A DNA stretch of 48,876 nucleotides, taken from positions 1 to 48,876 of the forward strand of contig CAZBPC010000016.1 of NCBI GenBank assembly GCA_964493715.1. The letters run 5' to 3'. This document shows, piece after piece, positions 37,873 to 47,258 of the stretch (position 1 is its first letter; each line of letters opens with the position of its first letter). Source of the stretch: an uncultured archaeon. GTDB lineage: Archaea > Asgardarchaeota > Lokiarchaeia > Sigyniarchaeales > SOKP01. Under the pieces are notes generated by a model. It did no database searches, had not been told where the DNA came from, and was given only the letters and a program-made list of their open reading frames with translations. Position numbers and translations under genes: made by a program.

Positions 37873-40500
37873 TTGGAGTATAATAAAGAAGAAGTTAGGG
37901 AGAGATTCAAAGAACTATTTGAATATTCATTAGAATTAATATATGTTAATGATCTTAATGGAAACTTCCTTGATGCAAATGATGTTACTTTATTTACTCT
38001 AGGATATGACCGTGAGGATATTCCAAAGATATCGTTTGTAGATTTGCTCGATCAAGAAAACCTCATAAAAGCTTACAAGTTTACGAAAGAAATTCGTAAA
38101 ACGGGAAGACAGTCTCAATGGAGCGAATACAAAATTAAGGCAAAAGACGGAGATTATATTTATATTGAAACCTATGGAATTCCACTTAAAAAAGATGGTA
38201 AAATTTACGCTATATTGGGGATTGGTAAAAATGTCACAGATCGTAAAGTCTCTGAGCTCAAACTGAAAGATTCTGAGGAGATGTTTAAGGCCATTTATAA
38301 AGAAGGCCCAATTCCCGCTTATACCTGGCAAAAATTAGGAAATGATTTCATTTTAATTGATTTCAATAAAGCAGCGGAGGAAATCAGTAAGGAAAATGTC
38401 AAAAATTTCATAGGCTTTAAAGCTTCTGTAATATATAAGGATCGCCCTGACATTTTAAATCACCTAAGGCAGTGTATGGAGAAAAAAGAACGTGTCAGGG
38501 CGGAAATAAGGTACAAATTTGAACTCTCAGATGAAGAAAAACATATATTTTCATATTTTGGATATGTTAATCCTGAATTAATTGTGGAACATGCTGAAGA
38601 TATTACCGAACGAAAAAAAGCGGTTGTACGACTTCAAGAATCTGAGGAAAAATATAAAGAGATGATTAATAATTTAGATGTGGGTTTTTATCAAGTCAGT
38701 TTAGATGGAATCATGCTAAATCATAATCCGGCACATAATGAGATTTTAGAGTATGAATTTTCAGAAAGCTTGGTAGGTAAAAAGGTAACAGATTTTTGGC
38801 AATTTCCTGAAGAAAGAGAAAAATATCTAAAAGAGATTTTAGAAAATAATTATGCTAAGAATTATATTTGCCCATCATTAACAAAAAATGGTAAAAAAGT
38901 TGTTGTTCAATTAAACTCACATTTAATGCGGAATAAAGAAGGAAATCCAGTTGGTATTGAAGGAACTTTTATCGACATTACAGAAAAATATAATTTAGAG
39001 CAAGGATTAATAGAATCAGAAGAGAAATTCCGATCAATAGCAGAACAATCGTTATTGGGCATATGCATCATACAAGATGATTTGGTTAAATATATTAATC
39101 AACAATTTGCTGATTTGATAGGATACACAGTCGAAGAAGTTAAGAATTGGAGGGTTGGTTGGTTTGCAAACGTTATACATCCAGATGATAGGGATTGGGT
39201 AGTGGAACAAGCTAAGAAGAAACAGTTGGGTTCAAAAGATGTAAGAAATTATTATCAATATCGGTTAATAAATAAATCTGGCAAAATTTTATGGTTAGAA
39301 AATCTCTCTAAAACCATATTATTTAGAGGAAGAAATGCGAACTTAGTTACTGTTGTGAATATTACGGAACGAAAAATTGCTGAGCAAAAATTAAGAGAAT
39401 CAGAGAAAAAATATCGAAATATCTATGAAAACACACCTTTTTCAGTAGTATTAATTAATTCTCAAGGCGTCGTTGTGGATGCTAATCCAACAACCGAAGA
39501 AATGTTTGGTTATAAGAGAGATGATGTAATTGGAAAAAAGTTTATGGATCTTTCAATAATACATCCAGATTACTCATCCACAATTTTCGAACTATTTAAA
39601 AAGTTTATAAAAGGAGAAAAAATGCATCGAATAGATATTCAAATACAAAAAAAGAACGGAATTAATTTTTGGGCGAATCTTCAAGCAGCATTGATGAATA
39701 TCAACGATAATACTTATGTGCAAGCACTTTTTACAGACATTACTGAAAAAAAAGAAGCTGAATTATTGGTTAATAAAGAAATTAGTAAATTAAAAGAATT
39801 AGAAAAGATTCGGAAGAATTTAATTTCTCGAGTTTCTCATGAACTAAAAACACCACTCGTTTCTATAAGTGGAGGTTCAGAATTATTATTGAATGTATAT
39901 AATGATGAATTCTCATCTGAAGCGTTAGAAATTCTAGAACTTATTGAAAAGGGAGGAAAACGATTAAAATATCTTGTAGATCGTTTAGTTGATATCTCGA
40001 AAATCGATTATGGAAAATTTGAGTTAGAGATAAAATTAGATGATATAAGTGAAATTATTAGGGAATGTTGCCGTGAAATATCAAATTTATTAAGAAATCG
40101 CAAGATTAACTTGAACCTTTCTATTCCTGATAGCATATTTATAAAATTAGATCGAATTCGAATTGAACAAGTGATTACAAACTTACTCTCAAATGCAATC
40201 AAAAATTCACCACCCAATGGAGAGGTAAATGTTATTCTGAAACAAGCTGATGATTGGATTGAGTTAATTGTAAAAGATACTGGGATTGGTTTTACAAAAG
40301 AAGAAATGGATTCACTATTCACTCGTTTTGGTAAAATAGAACGATACGGTGAAGGTTTTGAATATTTGGATATTCAAGGATCAGGTTTAGGATTATTTAT
40401 CGTAAAAGAGATCGTTAACTTACATAAGGGAGAAATAGAGGTCTTTTCAGAGGGAAGGAATAAAGGAGCTAAATTTATTGTGAGATTACCAATTAATTAA
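37873..40500 (+). CDS. Cytoplasmic multi-PAS sensor histidine kinase (about 5 PAS + HisKA + HATPase)
   Basis: Five (D/N)(I/V)T(D/E)(R/K) PAC ends; SHELKTPL, NLLSNAIK, DTGIG and GSGLGL; no TM segment or receiver domain. Confidence 0.93.
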   Translation: MEYNKEEVRERFKELFEYSLELIYVNDLNGNFLDANDVTLFTLGYDREDIPKISFVDLLDQENLIKAYKFTKEIRKTGRQSQWSEYKIKAKDGDYIYIETYGIPLKKDGKIYAILGIGKNVTDRKVSELKLKDSEEMFKAIYKEGPIPAYTWQKLGNDFILIDFNKAAEEISKENVKNFIGFKASVIYKDRPDILNHLRQCMEKKERVRAEIRYKFELSDEEKHIFSYFGYVNPELIVEHAEDITERKKAVVRLQESEEKYKEMINNLDVGFYQVSLDGIMLNHNPAHNEILEYEFSESLVGKKVTDFWQFPEEREKYLKEILENNYAKNYICPSLTKNGKKVVVQLNSHLMRNKEGNPVGIEGTFIDITEKYNLEQGLIESEEKFRSIAEQSLLGICIIQDDLVKYINQQFADLIGYTVEEVKNWRVGWFANVIHPDDRDWVVEQAKKKQLGSKDVRNYYQYRLINKSGKILWLENLSKTILFRGRNANLVTVVNITERKIAEQKLRESEKKYRNIYENTPFSVVLINSQGVVVDANPTTEEMFGYKRDDVIGKKFMDLSIIHPDYSSTIFELFKKFIKGEKMHRIDIQIQKKNGINFWANLQAALMNINDNTYVQALFTDITEKKEAELLVNKEISKLKELEKIRKNLISRVSHELKTPLVSISGGSELLLNVYNDEFSSEALEILELIEKGGKRLKYLVDRLVDISKIDYGKFELEIKLDDISEIIRECCREISNLLRNRKINLNLSIPDSIFIKLDRIRIEQVITNLLSNAIKNSPPNGEVNVILKQADDWIELIVKDTGIGFTKEEMDSLFTRFGKIERYGEGFEYLDIQGSGLGLFIVKEIVNLHKGEIEVFSEGRNKGAKFIVRLPIN

Positions 40501-40514
40501 TACAATTTTTTAAT

Positions 40515-41108
40515 TCAAAGAATCTTAGCCATTTTATATCCTTCTTCAATCAACTCATAATTTAGTGCTCCTAAACGTTCACCTAATCTATCATGAATAA
40601 CCTTTTCTAAGTTTGTAAGATTTAAATCGGGAAGTGCTTTAGAAAGAAGCCCTAAAACTGGAGTGTTTATTATGGGATTTCCATCAATCGTTAAATCTTT
40701 CTCAAGAGCTAACTTACTGATATCCGCTACAATTATTTTTGTTTCATGGCTGAAATTAAATTTTTTGGAAAAATATTCCGGTTCTTTATCTGAGTTAATA
40801 ATAAATATTCCATTTTTATGCAGAGAAGAGACGATTTCATCATCCAATACTGTTTCATCAAAAACAATTAGAATATTAGGATGTTGTATTTGTGCTCTGT
40901 CCCAAATTTTATATTTTCTTGATAATTTAGCATATGCTTGAACAGGGGCACCCCTTCGTTCAGCGCCAAAAGAAGGATATGCATGTACATCAATAAAATT
41001 GCCACTCATATATGCGGCTTCAGCTAATATTTCTGCACATGTTACTACTCCCATTCCTCCCCTTCCAAGGAGGATGATGCTAATAAGATCAATTTTATTA
41101 TTTTCCAC
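40515..41108 (-). CDS. porG: 2-oxoacid:ferredoxin oxidoreductase gamma subunit
   Basis: GRGGMG, PSFGAERRGAPV and INTPVLG motifs. Confidence 0.92.
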   Translation of the reverse strand: MENNKIDLISIILLGRGGMGVVTCAEILAEAAYMSGNFIDVHAYPSFGAERRGAPVQAYAKLSRKYKIWDRAQIQHPNILIVFDETVLDDEIVSSLHKNGIFIINSDKEPEYFSKKFNFSHETKIIVADISKLALEKDLTIDGNPIINTPVLGLLSKALPDLNLTNLEKVIHDRLGERLGALNYELIEEGYKMAKIL

Positions 41109-41251
41109 TATTAAAACAACATTTTATTAATTTAATTCTGGTAATTATTTTAAAGCAATTTTTAATAAAAAATTTCGGTAATTAATATAGAATCAAATGT
41201 TATAATATATTATTCCCATTTCTTATTACAATAATTAAAGAGGATTTTATC

Positions 41252-42097
41252 ATGAAAACGGGATCAGGATTTTTTGAAGGAAGAGAAAACAAGAAGTTAT
41301 TCTATCAATACTGGTTACCCGAAGATAAAGATATAAAGGCATATATCGTAGCTCTTCATGGATGGGGTACTCATTCCGATAGAATGAAAGTGCCTGCTGA
41401 ATATTTTACTCAAGAAGGTTATGCTATTTATAGTTTCGACTTGAGGGGGCATTGGAGAAATGCTGGGGGAGCTCCCGGACATATTGATAGCATGGACCAT
41501 CTTCAAAAAGATATTGTGCTTTTTATGGATATTGTAAAATTGGATGCTAATGAAAAAAAGATTTTTTTGATGGGTCATTCATTTGGTGGACTAGTTTGTT
41601 TGTTATATGCTATAGAACATCCAAGTTTACCTGGAATTATTGTTTCTTCTCCAATGATTCGCTTGGTTAAAAATTTTTCATTTACCAAGAAGCTTGGTAA
41701 TAAAATAGCAACACCCTTATCTAAAATTTCTCCTAATAAAACGATTAAAATGGTCATTGATCAGAATCTATTAACCAGTGATCTTAAAATCTTAAGAAGT
41801 CACATTGCAGATAAAAATAAAATAGATTTCATATCATTAAGAACTGCTGCGGAAATGGAGAGATCTATGAAGTGGGTAATGGAGAATGCTACGAGATTGT
41901 TATGCCCAATTTTAATTTTACAAGCTGAAAAAGATAAAATAAATGATATTGAAGCTACAAAAAGCTTTTATGAAGGGATCAAGGGTCAAGACAAGAAATT
42001 ACGAATATATGATGGATTCCTTAATGAATTATGGAATGAGAAGGGTCGAATGCAAGTATACAGAGACATGTGGATATGGTTAGAAAAACATATTTAA
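41252..42097 (+). CDS. Lysophospholipase/monoacylglycerol lipase-family hydrolase
   Basis: HGWGTH, DLRGH, GHSFGG and QAEKD motifs; the expected catalytic His position reads Asn. Confidence 0.88.
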   Translation: MKTGSGFFEGRENKKLFYQYWLPEDKDIKAYIVALHGWGTHSDRMKVPAEYFTQEGYAIYSFDLRGHWRNAGGAPGHIDSMDHLQKDIVLFMDIVKLDANEKKIFLMGHSFGGLVCLLYAIEHPSLPGIIVSSPMIRLVKNFSFTKKLGNKIATPLSKISPNKTIKMVIDQNLLTSDLKILRSHIADKNKIDFISLRTAAEMERSMKWVMENATRLLCPILILQAEKDKINDIEATKSFYEGIKGQDKKLRIYDGFLNELWNEKGRMQVYRDMWIWLEKHI

Positions 42098-42106
42098 GTT
42101 TTTAAT

Positions 42107-42895
42107 TCAAGGATATTTTTCATATAAATTTTTAATAAAATCTTCTATTTCTTTTTGGGATTTCTTTTGATATGCAATTTCTCCACAATTATCTTCTAAA
42201 TCATACCATCGCTCTATCATCTTGTTGTTCATTAAGGTAAGAGATGATTTGATCAAGAACATAAAAGATTCCATTCTTTTACTGAAGGTTCTAATAAATT
42301 TTTTGGTTTCTGTCTCTAGTTTATCTGGGGAGAATATTCTTGTCGGAAAATTAATATTCTTTAATTCTTCCAATCCAAATTCATCAGCGGTAAATAAGAT
42401 ATTTTTTGCATAATTTAATCCAAATGATAATAGCGGTAAAATGCTAGCACCTGTTTGTGGATATATTGAAATTGCTATTTCTGGCATCCTAAAGAACATT
42501 TCTTCTTTAGGTTTCTCTGCAAAAATTCTCAAATCAGAAGCCATTATTAATTCCATTCCATATCCTATAGCTGTACCTTGAACTTGCACAATAATAGGCT
42601 TTTTCATAAGCAACATATATTCTGTATTTTTTCTTCCATAATTTCTCATGCTCTCTAAATATTCCAAATCATCAGGAGTAGTACTTTTTATATCTATTCC
42701 CGAACTAAATACTTTATTCCCCGTGCTTTTCAATAAAATACATTTAACATTCTCGTCTTGATCCGCTTTACGTAGAGAATTATAAAGTTCCTTCATTAGT
42801 AGTAGATTAAATGAGTGGGCTGCTTTTGGTCTATTTAAAGTAATATATGCCACTCTCCCTTTAACTTCATTGAACAATATCTTATCTTCCGACAT
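42107..42895 (-). CDS. Enoyl-CoA hydratase/isomerase (crotonase) family
   Basis: ITLNRP, FSSGID, KPII, AIGYGMEL and MPE motifs. ATG 42895 is the probable start. Confidence 0.9.
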   Translation of the reverse strand: MSEDKILFNEVKGRVAYITLNRPKAAHSFNLLLMKELYNSLRKADQDENVKCILLKSTGNKVFSSGIDIKSTTPDDLEYLESMRNYGRKNTEYMLLMKKPIIVQVQGTAIGYGMELIMASDLRIFAEKPKEEMFFRMPEIAISIYPQTGASILPLLSFGLNYAKNILFTADEFGLEELKNINFPTRIFSPDKLETETKKFIRTFSKRMESFMFLIKSSLTLMNNKMIERWYDLEDNCGEIAYQKKSQKEIEDFIKNLYEKYP

Positions 42896-42979
42896 AGTTT
42901 TTAACACATAATTAAAATGATATTTTTAAAAACACATTGCTTAATAAAAACTTTAATAGTGCTGAAAAAACCTCACTTT

Positions 42980-43048
42980 ACCCATCCCGTGCATTTTTTA
43001 AATTCAAAAATTTATGCATAAGCTATTTGAATTTCGTGCTCTCTGGGT
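42980..43048. repeat. Imperfect ~70-bp inverted repeat
   Basis: ACCCA/TGGGT, GCA/TGC and AAATTCAAA/TTTGAATTT arms around the perfect palindrome TTATGCATAA. Confidence 0.55.
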
Positions 43049-43177
43049 CGAAGCTTTACACATGAGTCCTTGGATATAAATTATGACAATTATTAAAACT
43101 GTAATAATTAGAATAAATTTCTATTAAATACTAATACTCCACGTATATTTATTTCCATAAAAATAATTGATAACATA

Positions 43178-46099
43178 ATGACGAAAAACACTACTTCTGA
43201 GGGACTTCAAATAAAAGACCTCACCCCCATGATGAAGCATTGGTTCAGCGTGAAACAAACTTATAAGGAAAAATATCCAAATCACTTGATCGCGTATAGA
43301 ATGGGGGATTTCTATGAATTCTTTTATGATGATGCTGTTAGAGTATCGACTCTGTTAGGAATCACTTTAACTCAGAGAAAAATAGGATCTGATGCGTATC
43401 CATTAGCAGGTATTCCCTATCACGCAGGCAGTTACATAAAAAACCTCGTTAACTTAGGACAAACGGTGGTTGTAGTTGATCAGTTAGAAGATCCTACTAC
43501 AGTGAAAGGAAGAATAGTAAAGCGAGGTGTTGTTAGGATTATGTCTCCGGGAACTATAATTGAATCAGATATGCTTAAATCACAGGAGAATAATTATTTA
43601 TGTTCCTTAATCAAGGAGAGACTCGATTTTGGAATAGCATTTGTTGACATATCGACTGGAGAATTTGTAACAACAGAGTATTTATCAAAAAATGATGATT
43701 CTCAAGGAAGGATGTTAAGTCTTTTTTCCCAATATGATCCAGTAGAAGTTATTATTCCATCTGAACTAAAGAAAGAAGAAAAACTCTTTTTAATATTAAG
43801 AGATTTGACTAATGCATTAATCAAGCCGTATGACGTATTTGCCTTTAATTATGATAATGCTTACAGTTTAATCACGCGGCATTTCGGGATATCTAACCTT
43901 GAAGGTTTTGGGATTGAAGATAATAAACTCGCTATTCAAGCTAGTGGTGGATTGCTTGCATTCTTGAAGGAAACCCAAAGAGACATACTTCCCAACATTT
44001 TTAAGATTAATTTAATTCAAGAAGGAAGTATATTGCATCTTGATTATGTTACTCAGAGAAATCTTGAATTGGTTTCGTCCTTGTGGGAAAAAGGGAAAGA
44101 TGTGACCTTATTCTCTATTTTTAATCGGACGCATACTCCTATGGGAGCAAGATTACTCAAAAAGATCATATTACAACCACTCACTAATATTGAAGAAATT
44201 AAAAGAAGACTTAACATAGTGCAAAAATTTAAGGACGACGTGTTCTTAAGATCTGACTTAAGAGAAGAATTGAAAATATTGGGAGATTTAGAGCGTCATA
44301 TTAATCGGATTAATTATTCAAGCAATTCTAATGCAAGAGATTTAATACATATCAGGAATTCTTTAGAAAAAATTCCTAAAATTAAAATTTTATTAGAGAA
44401 ATCAAAGATTCCAGAAATTGAGGATTATTTAAAAAAAATCGAAGAGTTCCGAGATATTAAAAGTTTGATTGAAGCTTCAATAAGGGAAGATCCACCAACT
44501 TCCGTAAAAGAAGGAAATATGATCAAGTTTGGCTTTGATGAAAAAGTTGATGAATTGATGGATCTCTTGCAGAATGGAAAAAAATACATTCTCAATTATG
44601 AGAATGAACAAAAATCAATATTGAAATTGACTACTGGATTAAAAATTGGACATAATAATATAATGGGATATTATATACAAATAACTCTTAATACTCTAAG
44701 AAATATATCAAAGATACCAGATGAATATATAGAACGACAAACATTAAAAAACGCTAAGAGATATACTAGCGCTGAATTGAAGAAGTTGGAAGAAAGAATA
44801 GTATTAGCTGAAGAAAAAATATATGATTTAGAATACGATATTTATAGCAAAATTCGAGAAAAAGTAATAGAAAAAACTGGTGATATATTAGAAACCGCTA
44901 AAAGCATTGCGTATATTGATGTTTTATCTTGTTTTGCTGAAATTGCTGAAAATTACAATTATTCGTGTCCAATCATTTCCCAAGATGACAAAATTATTAT
45001 AAAAGAAGGGAGACATCCCGTAGTCGAGCAAATAAATCTTACAGATCAATTTATTCCAAATGATTGTTATTTAGATACAAATAAAGATCAGATATTGATA
45101 ATTACTGGTCCGAATATGGCAGGAAAAAGTACCTATTTGAGACAAGTAGCGTTGATTTGCATCATTGCTCAAATGGGATGTTTTGTACCTGCAAAATCAG
45201 CTAAAATTGGAATTGTTGACAAAATATTTACCAGAATTGGTGCATCTGATGATTTAGCTCGCAGATTAAGTACTTTCATGATTGAAATGACTGAAACGGC
45301 TAAAATCCTTCATAATTCGACGCAAAAAAGTTTAATCATCATTGATGAATTAGGAAGAGGAACGAGTACGAGTGATGGACAAAGCATTGCAATGGCTACA
45401 TTAGAAAAATTGCATAAGATAAAAGCTAAAACTCTATTTAGCACCCACTATCATCAATTAACTGAAATTGATTTACCTAGAATTAAGAATTATCATTTAG
45501 ATATAATTGAAAACGACGATGGAAGTATCAACTTTATTAGAAAGTTGAGAGCTGGGAGTACGGATAAATCATACGGAATTCATGTTGCAAAATTAGCTGG
45601 ACTCCCAGATGATGTTATCATCCGTGCTTTTGAAATACTTGACCAAATTGAAGACAAGGATCCATTCAAAGCTACTATAAGAGATAATGGAAACGGAATT
45701 GGAAAAGGAAAATATCTTGAAAAATTTGTAGAAGAAAAGAAAATAGAATTAGAAAAACTAACAATTGAAATACAAAATAAATTAGGCGAACTGAATAAGT
45801 GTGAAGAAGAGATAAGTAATAAGGAACTAGATTTGGGAAGAAAAAGTTATGAGTTGGAGGAAGTTAAAAAAAGACTTGATATCAAATTGAATCAAAGCGC
45901 AAATACTGATATTGCCAAAGAAAATCTTTCTAAAAAGAAAAAGTTCGTTCAAACAACTTTATTTCCTCCAATCAATAATATAGATAATTCACTTAAAGAT
46001 TTGATTGAGGAATTAAAAAGAATCGACCTTAATTCAATGACACCAGTTGAGGCAATGAAAAAGTTAATTGAATTTAAAGAGTTTCTGACGAAATCATAA
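43178..46099 (+). CDS. mutS: DNA mismatch repair protein MutS
   Basis: TPMM, GDFYE, AGIPYH, GRHPVVE, TGPNMAGKST, STFM, DELGRGT and SYGIHVA motifs. Confidence 0.97.
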   Translation: MTKNTTSEGLQIKDLTPMMKHWFSVKQTYKEKYPNHLIAYRMGDFYEFFYDDAVRVSTLLGITLTQRKIGSDAYPLAGIPYHAGSYIKNLVNLGQTVVVVDQLEDPTTVKGRIVKRGVVRIMSPGTIIESDMLKSQENNYLCSLIKERLDFGIAFVDISTGEFVTTEYLSKNDDSQGRMLSLFSQYDPVEVIIPSELKKEEKLFLILRDLTNALIKPYDVFAFNYDNAYSLITRHFGISNLEGFGIEDNKLAIQASGGLLAFLKETQRDILPNIFKINLIQEGSILHLDYVTQRNLELVSSLWEKGKDVTLFSIFNRTHTPMGARLLKKIILQPLTNIEEIKRRLNIVQKFKDDVFLRSDLREELKILGDLERHINRINYSSNSNARDLIHIRNSLEKIPKIKILLEKSKIPEIEDYLKKIEEFRDIKSLIEASIREDPPTSVKEGNMIKFGFDEKVDELMDLLQNGKKYILNYENEQKSILKLTTGLKIGHNNIMGYYIQITLNTLRNISKIPDEYIERQTLKNAKRYTSAELKKLEERIVLAEEKIYDLEYDIYSKIREKVIEKTGDILETAKSIAYIDVLSCFAEIAENYNYSCPIISQDDKIIIKEGRHPVVEQINLTDQFIPNDCYLDTNKDQILIITGPNMAGKSTYLRQVALICIIAQMGCFVPAKSAKIGIVDKIFTRIGASDDLARRLSTFMIEMTETAKILHNSTQKSLIIIDELGRGTSTSDGQSIAMATLEKLHKIKAKTLFSTHYHQLTEIDLPRIKNYHLDIIENDDGSINFIRKLRAGSTDKSYGIHVAKLAGLPDDVIIRAFEILDQIEDKDPFKATIRDNGNGIGKGKYLEKFVEEKKIELEKLTIEIQNKLGELNKCEEEISNKELDLGRKSYELEEVKKRLDIKLNQSANTDIAKENLSKKKKFVQTTLFPPINNIDNSLKDLIEELKRIDLNSMTPVEAMKKLIEFKEFLTKS

Positions 46100-47032
46100 C
46101 CATAGCTGAATTGCTGGTATAACTGATACTATAATAGCTGTATAAACGTAATAAGTAGTCAAAGTTGTAATTACAAAGGTTCTTATCCTATTTTTTCGTT
46201 TGCCTTCTTCTAAATGTTCAAAGTAAATTAAATATAGAAAACTTATATACATTAAATGAGAAGGTTGTAACGCTTTCCAAAATATGGGATCTATTGGTGT
46301 TAAGCCTTGAATGCCGGGATCACTGTGAGCCCAATTATATAACATCTGACCAAGGAAATCTGGAAAAATAACATAAGGTAAACATACGATTGTAAAAGGT
46401 ATGAGATAGTATATTAAATCTTTAAATTTGATTTTCTTACTTAATAAAATAACAGGAAGAAATAAGAATCCGTTAATCTTGAAAGTACCTAAAGTAAAAA
46501 ATATACCTGAAATCCATTTTTTATCTTTCTCTAAATAATCATAAGAAAGATAGAGAAATAATAAAATGAGGAAATTCGAATTTCCATACCAACAATCAAT
46601 AAGATAACCCAAAGTCATAAAAACAAAGAAGATCTTAAAGTCTTTATAATCCTTAAAGCGATCATAACTTCTAATTCCTACAAAAGAAACTAACCCGAGA
46701 CTTAAAATATTCCATATTAAAAGACTTATTGGTATTAATTCAGATGTAAACCATCCCATTGGAGAAAAAAGAAAGTACCAGAAATATAAGTAATAAGGGG
46801 GCCATTCAGGCATCCAAGAAGGGAGATCTTTTAGTGGTAAATAAAAGTTAAATAATCCATTTTCCTCATGTCCTAAAATAAGTAATTTAAAATCAATATC
46901 CTTACTAAGAGCAATTATATCTGGTAATTCAATATAATAATTTAAAATTCTGAAGAATATCGAGAAAATTATTATTCCGAGCAATGTTTCAAAAATGACA
47001 CGATGCGCTAAACGAGGTCGAGGACCTTCCAT
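46094..47032 (-). CDS. GT87/DUF2029-like polytopic membrane glycosyltransferase
   Basis: Multi-TM; DIDF, PPYY, GNSN and GTFK motifs typical of GT-C fold GT87-like proteins. Confidence 0.6.
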   Translation of the reverse strand: MEGPRPRLAHRVIFETLLGIIIFSIFFRILNYYIELPDIIALSKDIDFKLLILGHEENGLFNFYLPLKDLPSWMPEWPPYYLYFWYFLFSPMGWFTSELIPISLLIWNILSLGLVSFVGIRSYDRFKDYKDFKIFFVFMTLGYLIDCWYGNSNFLILLFLYLSYDYLEKDKKWISGIFFTLGTFKINGFLFLPVILLSKKIKFKDLIYYLIPFTIVCLPYVIFPDFLGQMLYNWAHSDPGIQGLTPIDPIFWKALQPSHLMYISFLYLIYFEHLEEGKRKNRIRTFVITTLTTYYVYTAIIVSVIPAIQLWL

Positions 47033-47258
47033 AATTATTCGTCCTTTTCGGAGCTAATATATAAACAATTAAGATAGTGTATTAAAACAACTATAAAAGA
47101 ATTACTTTAAGTTTATCAAAAATCTTCCTTATTCCATCTTGTTTCATTTTTTTTATCAATGGAGTATCATTAAATTATTTAAACCTTGATAGTGCATTCT
47201 TTTAAAAAATAAGAATTGCTAAGTAAATAATAATGTCATTAAATAAAATTGACAAGAA

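Noticed and set aside
37873-39760. PAS repeats as a recent tandem DNA duplication
   Set aside because: Only the short linker motifs are similar; the domains are diverged, which is normal for these kinases.
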